In this document: positions 11,001-18,744 of the stretch, piece after piece | How positions within the stretch are numbered: the stretch's first letter is position 1 | Layout of the letters: each line of letters opens with the position of its first letter | NCBI GenBank assembly: GCA_013286655.1 | Contig: JABDFG010000007.1 | Location: 7,216-71,215, forward strand | DNA length: 64,000 bases | DNA from: Bacteroidota bacterium | GTDB lineage: Bacteria; Bacteroidota; Bacteroidia; JABDFU01 | Direction of reading: 5' to 3' | Position numbers and translations under genes: made by a program | Notes under the pieces: generated by a model | Told to the model about the DNA's origin: nothing | Database searches by the model: none | What the model saw: the letters and a program-made list of their open reading frames with translations, nothing else

Positions 11001-12449
11001 GATAGCTTAAAAACAGCAAAAGCAAAATTGAAGGGAGACAATCAATATGAAATTTTAGATTACCTGGGAAGATTGATCATCAGTGTCAAAAATATCACCT
11101 TAAGTTATTCCGACAACCGGGGAACTACTTTACCTGGCTATGCTCAATCGACCCAGATTCTGGGTATGGATCCCCGTTTTTCAGGCCCTACACCCGGCTT
11201 CGTATTTGGAAGCCAGGCAAACATTATACCGGAAGCCATGCGGGACGATTGGCTGGTCAAAACATCAACCTTCAGTTCTCCCTATATAACTAATTCCGCC
11301 CAAACTTTTACCGGACGTATGAATGTCGAACTTATCCCCGATTTAAAAATTGAATTAAATGTTAACAGGACATACAGTGAAAATTTCAGTGAGTACATTG
11401 TCTGGAACCCGACATTGGGGCCACATGGCCGTTACGATACACTTACGCCGACACAGACAGGTAATTTCAGCATGTCTTTCATAACGATAAAAACAGCATT
11501 TGAAAGAGATAATTCAACCCACACTTCTCAGAATTGGGAAAATTTTCTTAACTACAGGGCTACAATTTCCACCTTCCTCGGTCAGAATTATAATCAGAAT
11601 CATAGTTTACCCAGGATAGGTCCGACCGCGTCTGGTTATATCGATGGTTACGGTCCCGCATCCCAATCGGTAGTCATTCCGGCCTTCATTGCCGCCTACG
11701 AAGGCCATAGCCCAAGGCCAGGCGACCTTACCCTATTTCCGCTGATACCCTTACCTAACTGGCGGATAACGTACGATGGTTTAGCCAAATTCCCGGCAAT
11801 TAAAAAACATTTTAAATCCATTACCCTGAGCAGTGCTTACCGCTCTTCGTATAATATTGCTTCTTTTACACAAAACCTGGACTATGTCAGCGATAACAAA
11901 GATGATGGTCTTACAACAGTGCGGGACGCCACGGAAAATTTCATTCCAAAATTAAGCATTGCCTCCGTTTCCATTTCGGAACAATTTAGCCCATTAATTA
12001 AAATAGAAACGGTGTGGAATAACAGTCTCATCTCCAGCCTGGAAATAAGAAAGGAACGAAGTCTTGCACTCCAAATGTCAGACATTTCCTTACAGGAATT
12101 AGAATCACAGGCCGTCGTAATTGGCGGCGGCTATCGGTTTAGCAAGGTAAAAATAAGATTCATTCGTATTGGAGGGAAGCCTCTTCCCCCAAGCGACATG
12201 AATTTAAAGGTCGACCTTTCCTTTACCAATAATATTACCATCATGCGACAGTCCGATCCAGATGTATCCCAGGCGACCTCCGGTCAGAATATCATCACCC
12301 TCAAAAATTCCCTGGATTACAAAATGAATGACCGGCTTACGATCCGGATCTTCTTTGACCGGATCATGAATAACCCCGTCATTTCCTCCTCCTTCCCTAC
12401 CTCGAATACAAATGCCGGATTCAGTTTAAGATTCACATTAACGGGTTAA
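5010..12449 (+). CDS. sprA: T9SS outer-membrane translocon SprA/Sov
   Basis: 2479 aa; FGGNTVDIRPQG, YNTEATFDFENQ, YIDDFEGS, RWGGIMR, DFRSIRFLRM, VWVDELRL motifs; downstream of ruvA as in other Bacteroidota. Confidence 0.95.
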   Translation: MANSALKYTLIAAISATAYSAFYSNEAEDRPTDNQDDPSPIVLPIDSPKQKTAAIDTPLTAPKLRYNFQDQSVQDPLNYPNGGGLKLKDPSNIKKDVQYDPTTGQYEITQKIGNEDYRPPTYMTPEEYEDYIIQQKIKSYWGQRTKAEDVKKGNRSLIPTLHVGGEYFDRIFGGNTVDIRPQGTAELIFGLNNSTTQNPALPVNQRSITTFNFNEKIQLNVVGKIGEKLKLTTNYNTEATFDFENQMKIEYNGLEDEIIKKIEAGNVSLPLTGSLISSSTSLFGIKTQMQFGRLTATAVLSQDKGKKSVINVSGGAQTTNFSITGDQYEANRDYFLAQYFRDRFDTAMGSLPVILSDVIVTRVEVYVTNRTNTVVGLRNIVGFADLGEDKKHSSPLFKENVIHDVSPTSVLPYNTQNDEYHQVADTISGYLKDRNFNTVTTKLPAWYVNARDYENVNLARMLAPTEYTFNPKLGFISLNQALNYDQVLAVAFQYTYNGKVYQVGEFSTDGIVSPKPLFLKLLKGTVTNPQLPIWNLMMKNIYSIGGYQINPQNFVLNILYNNISTGVNINYFPDGPVSGKPLVQVFGLDRLNSNGDAIPDGAFDFLDGVTIMSASGRIIFPSVEPFGSYLINKQVIRKNPNDSTYAKKYGFKQLYDSTLIVAQQFPQLNRFTLSGSFKSSSSSDISLNTVNVPQGSVTVTAGGIKLTENVDYTVDYTLGRVKIINQGILSSGTPIQISLESNALFALQTKTLMGANFDYKVNKDFNIGGTILNLNEHPLTQKVNIGDEPIDNTIIGVNSNYRTAVPFITQLVNRLPFINTKAPSNFVASGEAARLFPGHNRAIGSGAAGDSYIDDFEGSISNIDLKQPQSWNLASIPQGQPTVFPEASLNDSAAIGYNRALLNWYILDPLFLRQTNGLTPSSITLDSMSNNQTREVLETEIFPNEQLASGLPTNTPMFDLAYYPYIRGPYNYDVKGYRNSSGTVISNGINSNGSLNLPATRWGGIMRAIQTNDFEATNIEYLELWMMDPFNKDNHNPNTSGNLYINLGDVSEDVMKDSRKSFENGLPIDAANSTGVPCDTTNLARVSDIQSLVNAFDVNASARPFQDVGLDGFSDAQEAAFPTARKYLANIAAAFGTSSQAYQRAVIDPSGDDYNFYRGSAYDDLNAGVLTRYLKYNGYDGNSPQTGQSDNVIYGQKQASYSPESYTTSATTLPNTEDINNDNTLSENEGYYQYKVSLKPSDFNTVGNNYIADILSTNGQNIKNGAPKPIKWYQLKIPIHSFDTKVGSISDFRSIRFLRMYFKGVDQPIVCRFARMQFVRSSWIIYPNSLLSDGEYLATDGGGASFSLSSVSIVANGTQAPVNYVLPPGIQRTVNVQSSNLAQQNEQSLAMQICGLQDGDAKACYRNMNFDIRNYKTIQMFAHAEAPVPNTTDLKSNDLRWFIRLGSDFTDNYYEYEIPLQVTPGKNYNGGLESDQYAVWPLANQLDLAFAKLIAAKQERDIAINSKSASTTLRYPVSDGNNTIYIMGSPNLGGITTIMIGVRNPKRQPGVPGDDGLQKCATVWVDELRLSGFNESGGWAALGRAKVDLADLGSLSLAGNYSTPGWGGLEQTMAQRQLSTNFGYDFSSNFELGKFTPAKLGIKIPMYAGISEGIIIPEYNPLDPDINLKTVLNDPSIPKSQRDSLGNATIDYTLRKSLNFTNVKKERSKTKKNIHIYDIENFSFTYSYTEIDHRDINTLFNNTRTYHAGLIYSYTPVAKSLKPFAKTKLNPKYFALIKDLNFSPLPTNLGFSSNVDRYFNESQIRDNTGDLLITPLYNKTFTMNRLYNMNWALTKGLKVDFSATNNSRIFEPYGSLDTKAQRDSVVNNLLGLGTTTEYKHNLNVNYAVPINKLPFLDFVNSTVHYTGSYDWMHAPFAADSLGNTIQNSRSWQFNGQFNMSTLYNKISYFKKLALKPLFINPEDKKKEEDKKKKEIEKLDLAIKKAISDTSRKAKKTLDSLKTAKAKLKGDNQYEILDYLGRLIISVKNITLSYSDNRGTTLPGYAQSTQILGMDPRFSGPTPGFVFGSQANIIPEAMRDDWLVKTSTFSSPYITNSAQTFTGRMNVELIPDLKIELNVNRTYSENFSEYIVWNPTLGPHGRYDTLTPTQTGNFSMSFITIKTAFERDNSTHTSQNWENFLNYRATISTFLGQNYNQNHSLPRIGPTASGYIDGYGPASQSVVIPAFIAAYEGHSPRPGDLTLFPLIPLPNWRITYDGLAKFPAIKKHFKSITLSSAYRSSYNIASFTQNLDYVSDNKDDGLTTVRDATENFIPKLSIASVSISEQFSPLIKIETVWNNSLISSLEIRKERSLALQMSDISLQELESQAVVIGGGYRFSKVKIRFIRIGGKPLPPSDMNLKVDLSFTNNITIMRQSDPDVSQATSGQNIITLKNSLDYKMNDRLTIRIFFDRIMNNPVISSSFPTSNTNAGFSLRFTLTG

Positions 12450-13144
12450 AGCAGACCCTCATCTGCAAAACTATAATATCCGTTTTCGCAAAGAATCACA
12501 TGATCCAAGACAGGTATTTCAAGCAGACGACCGGCTTCTTTTAGTTTTTTAGTAATCTGAAGATCCTGCTCGCTTGGCTTCCTGTTCCCCGAAGGATGAT
12601 TATGACACAAAATAATGGAACTAGCCAAATGTTCTATCCCCGTTTTAAAAATAATTTTCAAATCTACAACCGTTCCTGTCACTCCTCCCCTGCTAATCAT
12701 TTCCTTTTTTATCAAGTGGTTCGAACGATCCAGAAAAATCACCCAGAATTCCTCATGGGGCAGATCCAGCAACAAAGGCTTAAAAAGATGGTAGGCATCC
12801 ATACTGGTAATAATTTTTTTTCGTTTTTCAATTTCAGCTTCTTTCCGGCGTCGTCCCAATTCAAGGGCCGCTATAATACTGATTGCTTTTGCTTCAGCAA
12901 TTCCTTTAAATTTCTTTAAATCATTTACACCAAGCTTACTTAATTCATTTAGGTTATTATGAACAGATGCCAAAATTCGTTTAGAGAGTTCAACAGCCGT
13001 TTCTTCCCGGCTACCCGATACAATCAGAATAGCGACAAGTTCAGCATCACTTAATACCTGCCTTCCTTTATTTACCAATTTTTCTCTTGGCCGGTCATCT
13101 TCAGCCCAGGCAGTGATCGGCAGATTTTTTATGAGCGTACCCAT
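12446..13144 (-). CDS. radC: RadC-family JAB-domain protein
   Basis: WAEDDRPREKL, LSDAELVAIL, HNHPSG...PS..D...DH JAB motif. Confidence 0.93.
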   Translation of the reverse strand: MGTLIKNLPITAWAEDDRPREKLVNKGRQVLSDAELVAILIVSGSREETAVELSKRILASVHNNLNELSKLGVNDLKKFKGIAEAKAISIIAALELGRRRKEAEIEKRKKIITSMDAYHLFKPLLLDLPHEEFWVIFLDRSNHLIKKEMISRGGVTGTVVDLKIIFKTGIEHLASSIILCHNHPSGNRKPSEQDLQITKKLKEAGRLLEIPVLDHVILCENGYYSFADEGLL

Positions 13145-13216
13145 TCCTCAAATTTGCCCTATTTTTCCATTAAAAACATCCGTATAAGTACCTATTTTGT
13201 TACTTTTATACACGTA

Positions 13217-14227
13217 ATGAAGATTGATAAACACATAAGCGCTTTACTATATGATCATGACTGTATAATTGTGCCTGACTTCGGAGGATTTGTTTCCAGT
13301 TATGCTCCTGCAAAAGTTCATCCTACACAACATATATTCCATCCTCCTCATAAAAACATAACATTCAACAAGCATTTAAAAAGCAATGATGGTTTGCTCG
13401 CCAGTCAAATATCCAGGTCAGAAAATAAAACATTTACGGAAGCAAACAGTATACTGGCCAGTTTTGTTTCGGAAAGCACCAGTGCGTTTAAACGGGGCGA
13501 AAAAATAACGCTCGAATGTATTGGATCACTTTATATGGATGTTGAACGAAACATACAGTTTGAACCCGATCATTCCACCAATTACCTGACCGAAGCATAT
13601 GGAATGACTTCACTTCAGTCTTTGCCGGTAAAACGGGAAGGTTTGCAGGATCGTATAGAAAAAGGATTTATTGATCGCAAAGCCATTCCTCAGAAAAAAG
13701 GAAAAATGAAAGTATATTCAAGAGCAGGAGCCATATTTACCATATTGGTTATAGCCCTGGCAGGATCCATTATTTTTCTTTCCACCCGTACCGGTGTTTT
13801 AAAAGAAATAAGTTATTCCTCCCTGAATCCTTTTGTTGAAAAAACAAAAATAGTTTCATCCGTTAAAGATCATGTCCCACCCAAACCTCCTGCCAATGAT
13901 TCTGTCCATAAAGCGATCACTCCTCCTCCTGGAGAAGTCGTTATTAAAAATCATGAGCCGGATAAAACCGCCGTCAGTGTCAACGGTGTCAAAACTGCAA
14001 AGAAGTATAAATATCACATTGTGAGTGGTTGCTTTAAAATCAAATCCAATGCACTTAACTTTTTGGCAAAGATGAAAAGTAAAAACTTCAATGCTACTAT
14101 TCTTGGCCAAAACAAGGATGGTCTGTATGTGATTAGCTGTGGAGATTATGCTCAAAAAGAAGAGGCTTATACTGAACTTGCCCGTGTGCGCTCCCAAAAC
14201 ATGGAAGCCTGGATGCTGGCAGAATGA
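13217..14227 (+). CDS. HU-CCDC81-like domain + TM helix + SPOR domain protein (start more likely ATG 13217 than TTG 13154)
   Basis: N-terminal HISALLYDHDCIIVPDFGGF; central hydrophobic helix; C-terminal YHIVSGCF...NA...AWML SPOR-like region. Confidence 0.8.
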   Translation: MKIDKHISALLYDHDCIIVPDFGGFVSSYAPAKVHPTQHIFHPPHKNITFNKHLKSNDGLLASQISRSENKTFTEANSILASFVSESTSAFKRGEKITLECIGSLYMDVERNIQFEPDHSTNYLTEAYGMTSLQSLPVKREGLQDRIEKGFIDRKAIPQKKGKMKVYSRAGAIFTILVIALAGSIIFLSTRTGVLKEISYSSLNPFVEKTKIVSSVKDHVPPKPPANDSVHKAITPPPGEVVIKNHEPDKTAVSVNGVKTAKKYKYHIVSGCFKIKSNALNFLAKMKSKNFNATILGQNKDGLYVISCGDYAQKEEAYTELARVRSQNMEAWMLAE

Positions 14228-14229
14228 TT

Positions 14230-14766
14230 TTAGCGTTTGGTCTCTTTTCTTTTTTTTCTATAAACCAGTATCGAAACGGTTAGTAATACCGCAAAGATTA
14301 TCAAACCTGCGATCCCCCACCAATAATTAGCCTGTTCCTTCAAAACCACAATAAAAACAATCGCAAATAATAATAAGGTCGCGACTTCGTTCCAAAAACG
14401 AAGTTTTGTGGAGGACCATTTAAACACATCGTTTTGCAGGCGTTTAAAAATCAAACCGCATTGCAGGTGATAGAGTGTTAAACCGAAAACGAAAACGAGC
14501 TTCAACATCAGCCATCCCGGGAAAGATAGTCCGAACATATCATACGCAAGCCAGAAGGCAAACACATACGTTAGAATTGCAGATGGCCAGGTAATCCCAA
14601 ACCACAAACGTTTCGCCATTAATTTGAATTGATTAGACAAGATTGTTTTATCGGGTTCCGGTTTGCTTTGAGCTTCCGTATGATAAATAAATAAACGGGG
14701 GATGTAAAACAATCCCGCAAACCAGGTGACAACAAAAATTATATGAAGAGCCTTTAGGTATAGCAT
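14230..14766 (-). CDS. hemJ: Protoporphyrinogen IX oxidase HemJ (CopD-like membrane protein)
   Basis: KALHIIFVVTWFAGLFYIPRLFIYH; LRFWNEVATLLL. Confidence 0.9.
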   Translation of the reverse strand: MLYLKALHIIFVVTWFAGLFYIPRLFIYHTEAQSKPEPDKTILSNQFKLMAKRLWFGITWPSAILTYVFAFWLAYDMFGLSFPGWLMLKLVFVFGLTLYHLQCGLIFKRLQNDVFKWSSTKLRFWNEVATLLLFAIVFIVVLKEQANYWWGIAGLIIFAVLLTVSILVYRKKRKETKR

Positions 14767-14793
14767 TCGGTAAAGTTATAACTTTACCGAATG
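14764..14793. promoter_or_regulatory. Perfect 30-bp palindrome forming back-to-back promoter-like elements between divergent start codons
   Basis: CATTCGGTAAAGTTA|TAACTTTACCGAATG is its own reverse complement; each strand reads TAACTTTA-CCGA-ATG. Confidence 0.75.
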
Positions 14794-15306
14794 GCAAAAT
14801 CAAAAACAGCAAAAGAATCACTGGCAATAACAACACATCATGTATTACCCAATGATACAAATAATCTTGGCAACCTTTTTGGAGGACGCCTATTGGAATG
14901 GATGGACATCATTGCTTCCATATCAGCTCATCGGCATTGTAAACGTGTTGTAGTAACGGCTTCCGTCAATAATGTTGCCTTTGCCAAATCAATTACACAT
15001 GGAAGTATCGTTACACTTGAAGCAAAAGTTTCCAGGTCTTTTAATTCCAGCATGGAAGTTTTTATTGATGTGTGGGTAGAAGACCCTGTCACAGGCGAAA
15101 GAAAAAAATCGAACGAAGCCATTTATACTTTTGTCGCAGTCGACCAGCATGGCGCACCTCTCGTTGTGCCCGAATTAATTCCTGAATCAACAGAAGAAAA
15201 ACTACGCTTTGAAGGAGCTCTGCGCCGAAAACAATTGAGTCTGATTCTGGCTGGAAAAATGAAACCGGAAGAAGCTACAGAGCTGAAGGCTTTATTTTTG
15301 AAATAA
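14791..15306 (+). CDS. Acyl-CoA thioesterase (hotdog fold, YciA-like)
   Basis: VLPNDTNNLGNLFGGRLLEWMD; VVTASV; SSMEV; TFVAVD. Confidence 0.92.
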   Translation: MAKSKTAKESLAITTHHVLPNDTNNLGNLFGGRLLEWMDIIASISAHRHCKRVVVTASVNNVAFAKSITHGSIVTLEAKVSRSFNSSMEVFIDVWVEDPVTGERKKSNEAIYTFVAVDQHGAPLVVPELIPESTEEKLRFEGALRRKQLSLILAGKMKPEEATELKALFLK

Positions 15307-16267
15307 GTTCCGCTTCATTTATCTCCTTCATACATTTAAAGTGGCCTTTAGGGCATTCCTCGAATCCTATTTTTGAACAAGGCCGGCAGGGCAAATTCTT
15401 CACTTCGATTTTTGCACTTTGCACTTTGTGCTTTTCAGTATAATAAGGATACATTCCAAATTCCGGAACCGTATTTCCCCATACCGAAATAATTGGCTTT
15501 TGAAATGCTGCAGCTATATGCATCAGTCCCGTATCATGTGTAATTACCTTGTTCGCTTGATTTACCAGAGAAGCCGATTGATTCAGATTATATTTCCCAC
15601 AGGCATTGTAAACTGTTGATCCGACAGTAGCCTCAATTTCCCTTCCATTTTCAACATCGTCTTTACCCCCAAGGAGTATAATTGGACTGTTTATCTTTTT
15701 ACATATAGAGATTATTTTATTCAGGGGTAAGCGTTTAGTCGCATGGGCTGCGCCGATAACAAAACCAGTATATCCCTGCCGGTGCGTTTCAGGAAGCGCA
15801 GCAATATTAATTTTATCCTTCTCCGGAATAAAATAATCTAACCCCATCCCGTCATTAGTAACTCCAAAATTCTTTACTGTTTCAAAATAACGATCGACGA
15901 TGTGAACAGGTGGAAGCCTGTTGATTTTCAGATTAACGAGCAACCACTTTTCAATATTCAGTTTACGGAAAGAGAAAGACGGCCTATTCAATTTTCGTTT
16001 TACCTGTAGTGTTCTCAGATTATGATGAAGGTCAATTATACAATCAAATTTTTCCTTCTTCAAAACATCCATTACTTCACTAAGATCCTCATCAATGGAA
16101 TGAATCTTATCCAGATAGGGATTGTTTTCTAAAATACTGCAAAAGCTCTTTTTTGTCAGATAATGAAGCTCCGCCTCCTTCAACTGCATTTTCGTACACC
16201 TTATAACAGGGGTGGTAAGAACAATATCTCCAATAGAACTAAAGCGTATAAATAGAATCTTTCTCAA
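15275..16267 (-). CDS. Glycosyltransferase family 9 (LPS heptosyltransferase-like)
   Basis: IRFSSIGDIVLTTP; DTGLMHIAAA; CRPCSKIG..CP.GHFKCM. Confidence 0.9.
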   Translation of the reverse strand: MRKILFIRFSSIGDIVLTTPVIRCTKMQLKEAELHYLTKKSFCSILENNPYLDKIHSIDEDLSEVMDVLKKEKFDCIIDLHHNLRTLQVKRKLNRPSFSFRKLNIEKWLLVNLKINRLPPVHIVDRYFETVKNFGVTNDGMGLDYFIPEKDKINIAALPETHRQGYTGFVIGAAHATKRLPLNKIISICKKINSPIILLGGKDDVENGREIEATVGSTVYNACGKYNLNQSASLVNQANKVITHDTGLMHIAAAFQKPIISVWGNTVPEFGMYPYYTEKHKVQSAKIEVKNLPCRPCSKIGFEECPKGHFKCMKEINEAELISKIKPSAL

Positions 16268-16299
16268 TTGCAGGCAAAGTTAGGGCTTTTTAACTGTTG

Positions 16300-16330
16300 A
16301 TTGGGCAACTATTTATTGGCCTTGAAGTCT
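16300..16330 (+). promoter_or_regulatory. Putative ECF-sigma promoter P1 (GGCAAC-N17-GTC) upstream of a small ORF
   Basis: ATTGGGCAACTATT, repeated exactly at 16509-16522; AAC at -35 and GTC at -10 are typical of ECF promoters. Confidence 0.65.
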
Positions 16331-16369
16331 TATAAATAGGTCTGAAAATTTCACAAAAACCGAAATAAT

Positions 16370-16480
16370 ATGGAAACCATTAAAAAGAGTATTCATGAAA
16401 AGCTATCAGATATAGCAATCATTATCGTATTTGCAGCCATCCTTGCAATGGGTTTGTTCGCCTATATCGGAAAATTTTAA
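16370..16480 (+). CDS. Small single-pass membrane peptide, 36 aa (not in ORF track)
   Basis: METIKKSIHEKLSDIAIIIVFAAILAMGLFAYIGKF*; A-rich sequence before ATG; one hydrophobic helix. Confidence 0.6.
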   Translation: METIKKSIHEKLSDIAIIIVFAAILAMGLFAYIGKF

Positions 16481-16508
16481 CTACTTAAAAATCAAATATA
16501 TACGTATA

Positions 16509-16540
16509 ATTGGGCAACTATTCAGGATTTATTAGTCAAA
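16509..16540 (+). promoter_or_regulatory. Putative ECF-sigma promoter P2 (GGCAAC-N16-GTC), autoregulatory, upstream of the ECF gene
   Basis: Second copy of ATTGGGCAACTATT with GTC at 16535-16537, 16 nt before the sigma ATG. Confidence 0.65.
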
Positions 16541-16553
16541 TTAGTGAATAGCT

Positions 16554-17102
16554 ATGCTGGATGAATTACAATTAATAGAAGACTGCAAACAGGGAAGTAA
16601 TTCTGCATTTGAAAAACTTTACGTAAAGTATGCGCCAAAAATGAAAGGAATTGCATACAGGTATGTCGGAGACAGAATGAAAGCAGAAGATATAGTCCAC
16701 GACGCATTTATTAAGGTATATGAAAAAATAAGCTCCCTGAAAGATAATGCCGTTTTCGGGGGCTGGCTCAGAAGAATCGTTGTTAACCAGGCACTTGACG
16801 CGCTTAAAAGCGAAAAAAAACTGAAAACAATATCAGAGGAATCCTTGCAATTTAATTCGGAGGAGCCCTCGGATGATAAAGGAATTTACGAAAACATCAG
16901 TGCAAAACAACTGATGGATACCCTTGCATCATTACCAACTGGTTATAAAACAATATTTAATTTATATGTGGTGGATGGTTTTCAACACAAAGAAATAGCT
17001 GAACAATTGGGAATTTCGGAAGGTACTTCAAAATCCCAACTTGCTAAAGCGAAAATTTATTTACGAAAATTATTAATTGAAAAATGCGTATTAAATGATT
17101 GA
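16554..17102 (+). CDS. ECF RNA polymerase sigma-70 factor
   Basis: Region 2 AEDIVHDAFIKV...WLRRIVVNQALD; region 4 LPTGYKTIFNL...HKEIAEQLGISEGTSKSQLAKAK. Confidence 0.95.
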   Translation: MLDELQLIEDCKQGSNSAFEKLYVKYAPKMKGIAYRYVGDRMKAEDIVHDAFIKVYEKISSLKDNAVFGGWLRRIVVNQALDALKSEKKLKTISEESLQFNSEEPSDDKGIYENISAKQLMDTLASLPTGYKTIFNLYVVDGFQHKEIAEQLGISEGTSKSQLAKAKIYLRKLLIEKCVLND

Positions 17103-18708
17103 AGAAGAAGACATACTGGAATCCCTCTACAAAACCCACCTGGAGGATATTGAAATGCCTGTTTCCGATAGCCTTTGGAATCGCATCAGAAAGACTATTG
17201 CATTGAATAGGTTAAGAAAAATTTTAGGAGCATTGGCATTGATAGGTGCGGTAATCGGATTGAGTTTGTTTTTTATTCATCCAGCTGATCTAAACAGAAA
17301 CAGCTATGCTAAAGAAAATAAAACAAGGATCAGTTGGAAAAACAAACCGAATGGCAATGATCAGGAAGAAATAAGGGATACATATCAGAAAAAGACATTA
17401 ACGGTTACTAAAAAAAATAAAACAGATAGCCTTTGGGACAATATAACTTATATAGACAAAAAGGACATAAAAAATGTTGATCAGAAAAAAAAAATTTTAA
17501 AAAATGTAAATACGGAAATTAATAACTCAAAAAAAATAACTGAAATAGGGCTACCTTCTTCTCAACAGTCTAAACTTCCCGGGAAAAGAAGTCTCCATCC
17601 TTTGATAGTGGACAAAGGGCAGAAAAAATCAAATCAGAAAACGGAAATAGATATAAAACAAAAAAAATCCCTTCCGACCACCCAAAATGAAAATTCCCAA
17701 ACGGAAAAAAACACTAAAAATAAAGAAGATTCGATAGCCAATCCTTTAAACAAAGAGATACTGTCAAACGGGAACAGTCCAAAATCAGCCGAAAATAATA
17801 CACCCTTGACGGATAGCATTCCAAAACTAAAAGACGGTAATCCGATAACCGGTCAAAACCAGGTTTTGAAAACAGACAGTAATCCGACAACCAGTCAAAA
17901 CCAGGTTTTGAAGACAGATACCTTTCCAACACAACCCTCAGATTCCGCCGGAATGAATAGTTCCAATAGCCAAAAGCCGGATAGTACGTTATCGGGAAAT
18001 ACACCTCCTCCTAAAGACAATGAAAATAAACTTAAGCTATTTATCAATGCAGAAAGCGGAGGTTTGATCCCTATTGTTAGCAGTTCAATTGCCGGTATCA
18101 CTATGACAAACAATCCTACCGGGAATAAAGTTCAAAACTTGAGTTATGATGAACGAGTGGAGCTGGGATTTATGATCCAAAATAAGCTCAGCCTTAATAT
18201 TGGCCTGGGGCTTTCACATTTTCAGGGAAACTATTCGCAGACAGTTAGCAATGCCATACAATGGAAAGACACGACAGGTAAAAATCATACGACAACAGTT
18301 GTTATTAACTCAAAAGCCGGCTTTGATTGTCAGTTCTTAAATATTCCCGTTTTTGCAGAATACCTTTTTGGTTTAAGCCCCAAATGGAACCTGGCACCCT
18401 CAATTGGAGTCATTTTAAATTATTTACTGAACGCTCAAAGTACCGCCTCTGCCTCCAGTAGTCAAAGTATACCTGGAGTTTCTCTTACAAATGCCACCAG
18501 TACAAACAGAACCACCGATTTTAAACCTCTTACTGCATCTACATTGACAGGACTCCGCTTAGAGTATATTTTGAATGAAAAATGGAAAATTTACCTATGT
18601 CCCAGTTATTCCTTTTTTATCGGAGATCTGGTTAAAGAAGGCAATATTTTAAAAATAACGCCTTCTGCCTTCAATGCAAATCTTGGAATAACCTATTTTT
18701 TCAGGTAA
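17095..18708 (+). CDS. Putative dual-membrane-spanning anti-sigma factor (N-terminal anti-sigma-like segment, TM helix, low-complexity linker, C-terminal outer-membrane beta-barrel)
   Basis: Overlaps the ECF gene; EMPVSDSLWNRI, then a hydrophobic helix, a K/N/S/T-rich linker, FLNIPV and a terminal NLGITYFFR strand. Confidence 0.75.
   Translation: MIEEEDILESLYKTHLEDIEMPVSDSLWNRIRKTIALNRLRKILGALALIGAVIGLSLFFIHPADLNRNSYAKENKTRISWKNKPNGNDQEEIRDTYQKKTLTVTKKNKTDSLWDNITYIDKKDIKNVDQKKKILKNVNTEINNSKKITEIGLPSSQQSKLPGKRSLHPLIVDKGQKKSNQKTEIDIKQKKSLPTTQNENSQTEKNTKNKEDSIANPLNKEILSNGNSPKSAENNTPLTDSIPKLKDGNPITGQNQVLKTDSNPTTSQNQVLKTDTFPTQPSDSAGMNSSNSQKPDSTLSGNTPPPKDNENKLKLFINAESGGLIPIVSSSIAGITMTNNPTGNKVQNLSYDERVELGFMIQNKLSLNIGLGLSHFQGNYSQTVSNAIQWKDTTGKNHTTTVVINSKAGFDCQFLNIPVFAEYLFGLSPKWNLAPSIGVILNYLLNAQSTASASSSQSIPGVSLTNATSTNRTTDFKPLTASTLTGLRLEYILNEKWKIYLCPSYSFFIGDLVKEGNILKITPSAFNANLGITYFFR
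17833..17916 (+). repeat. 2 x 42-bp tandem repeat inside the CDS, each unit containing the palindrome TCAAAACC-A-GGTTTTGA
   Basis: Encodes DGNPITGQNQVLKT / DSNPTTSQNQVLKT. Confidence 0.85.
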
Positions 18709-18744
18709 AATCAGGGGATCTTTTTGGCTAAATTAGCGCCACGA

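Noticed and set aside
12446-13144. radC as a marker of a mobile element
   Set aside because: It is the full-length chromosomal type in a housekeeping context, with no integrase or conjugation genes.
17485-17494. A10 homopolymer in the anti-sigma gene as a phase-variation tract
   Set aside because: It lies in a Lys-rich, AT-rich linker, the frame is intact, and similar A/T runs are common in this window; nothing shows slippage.
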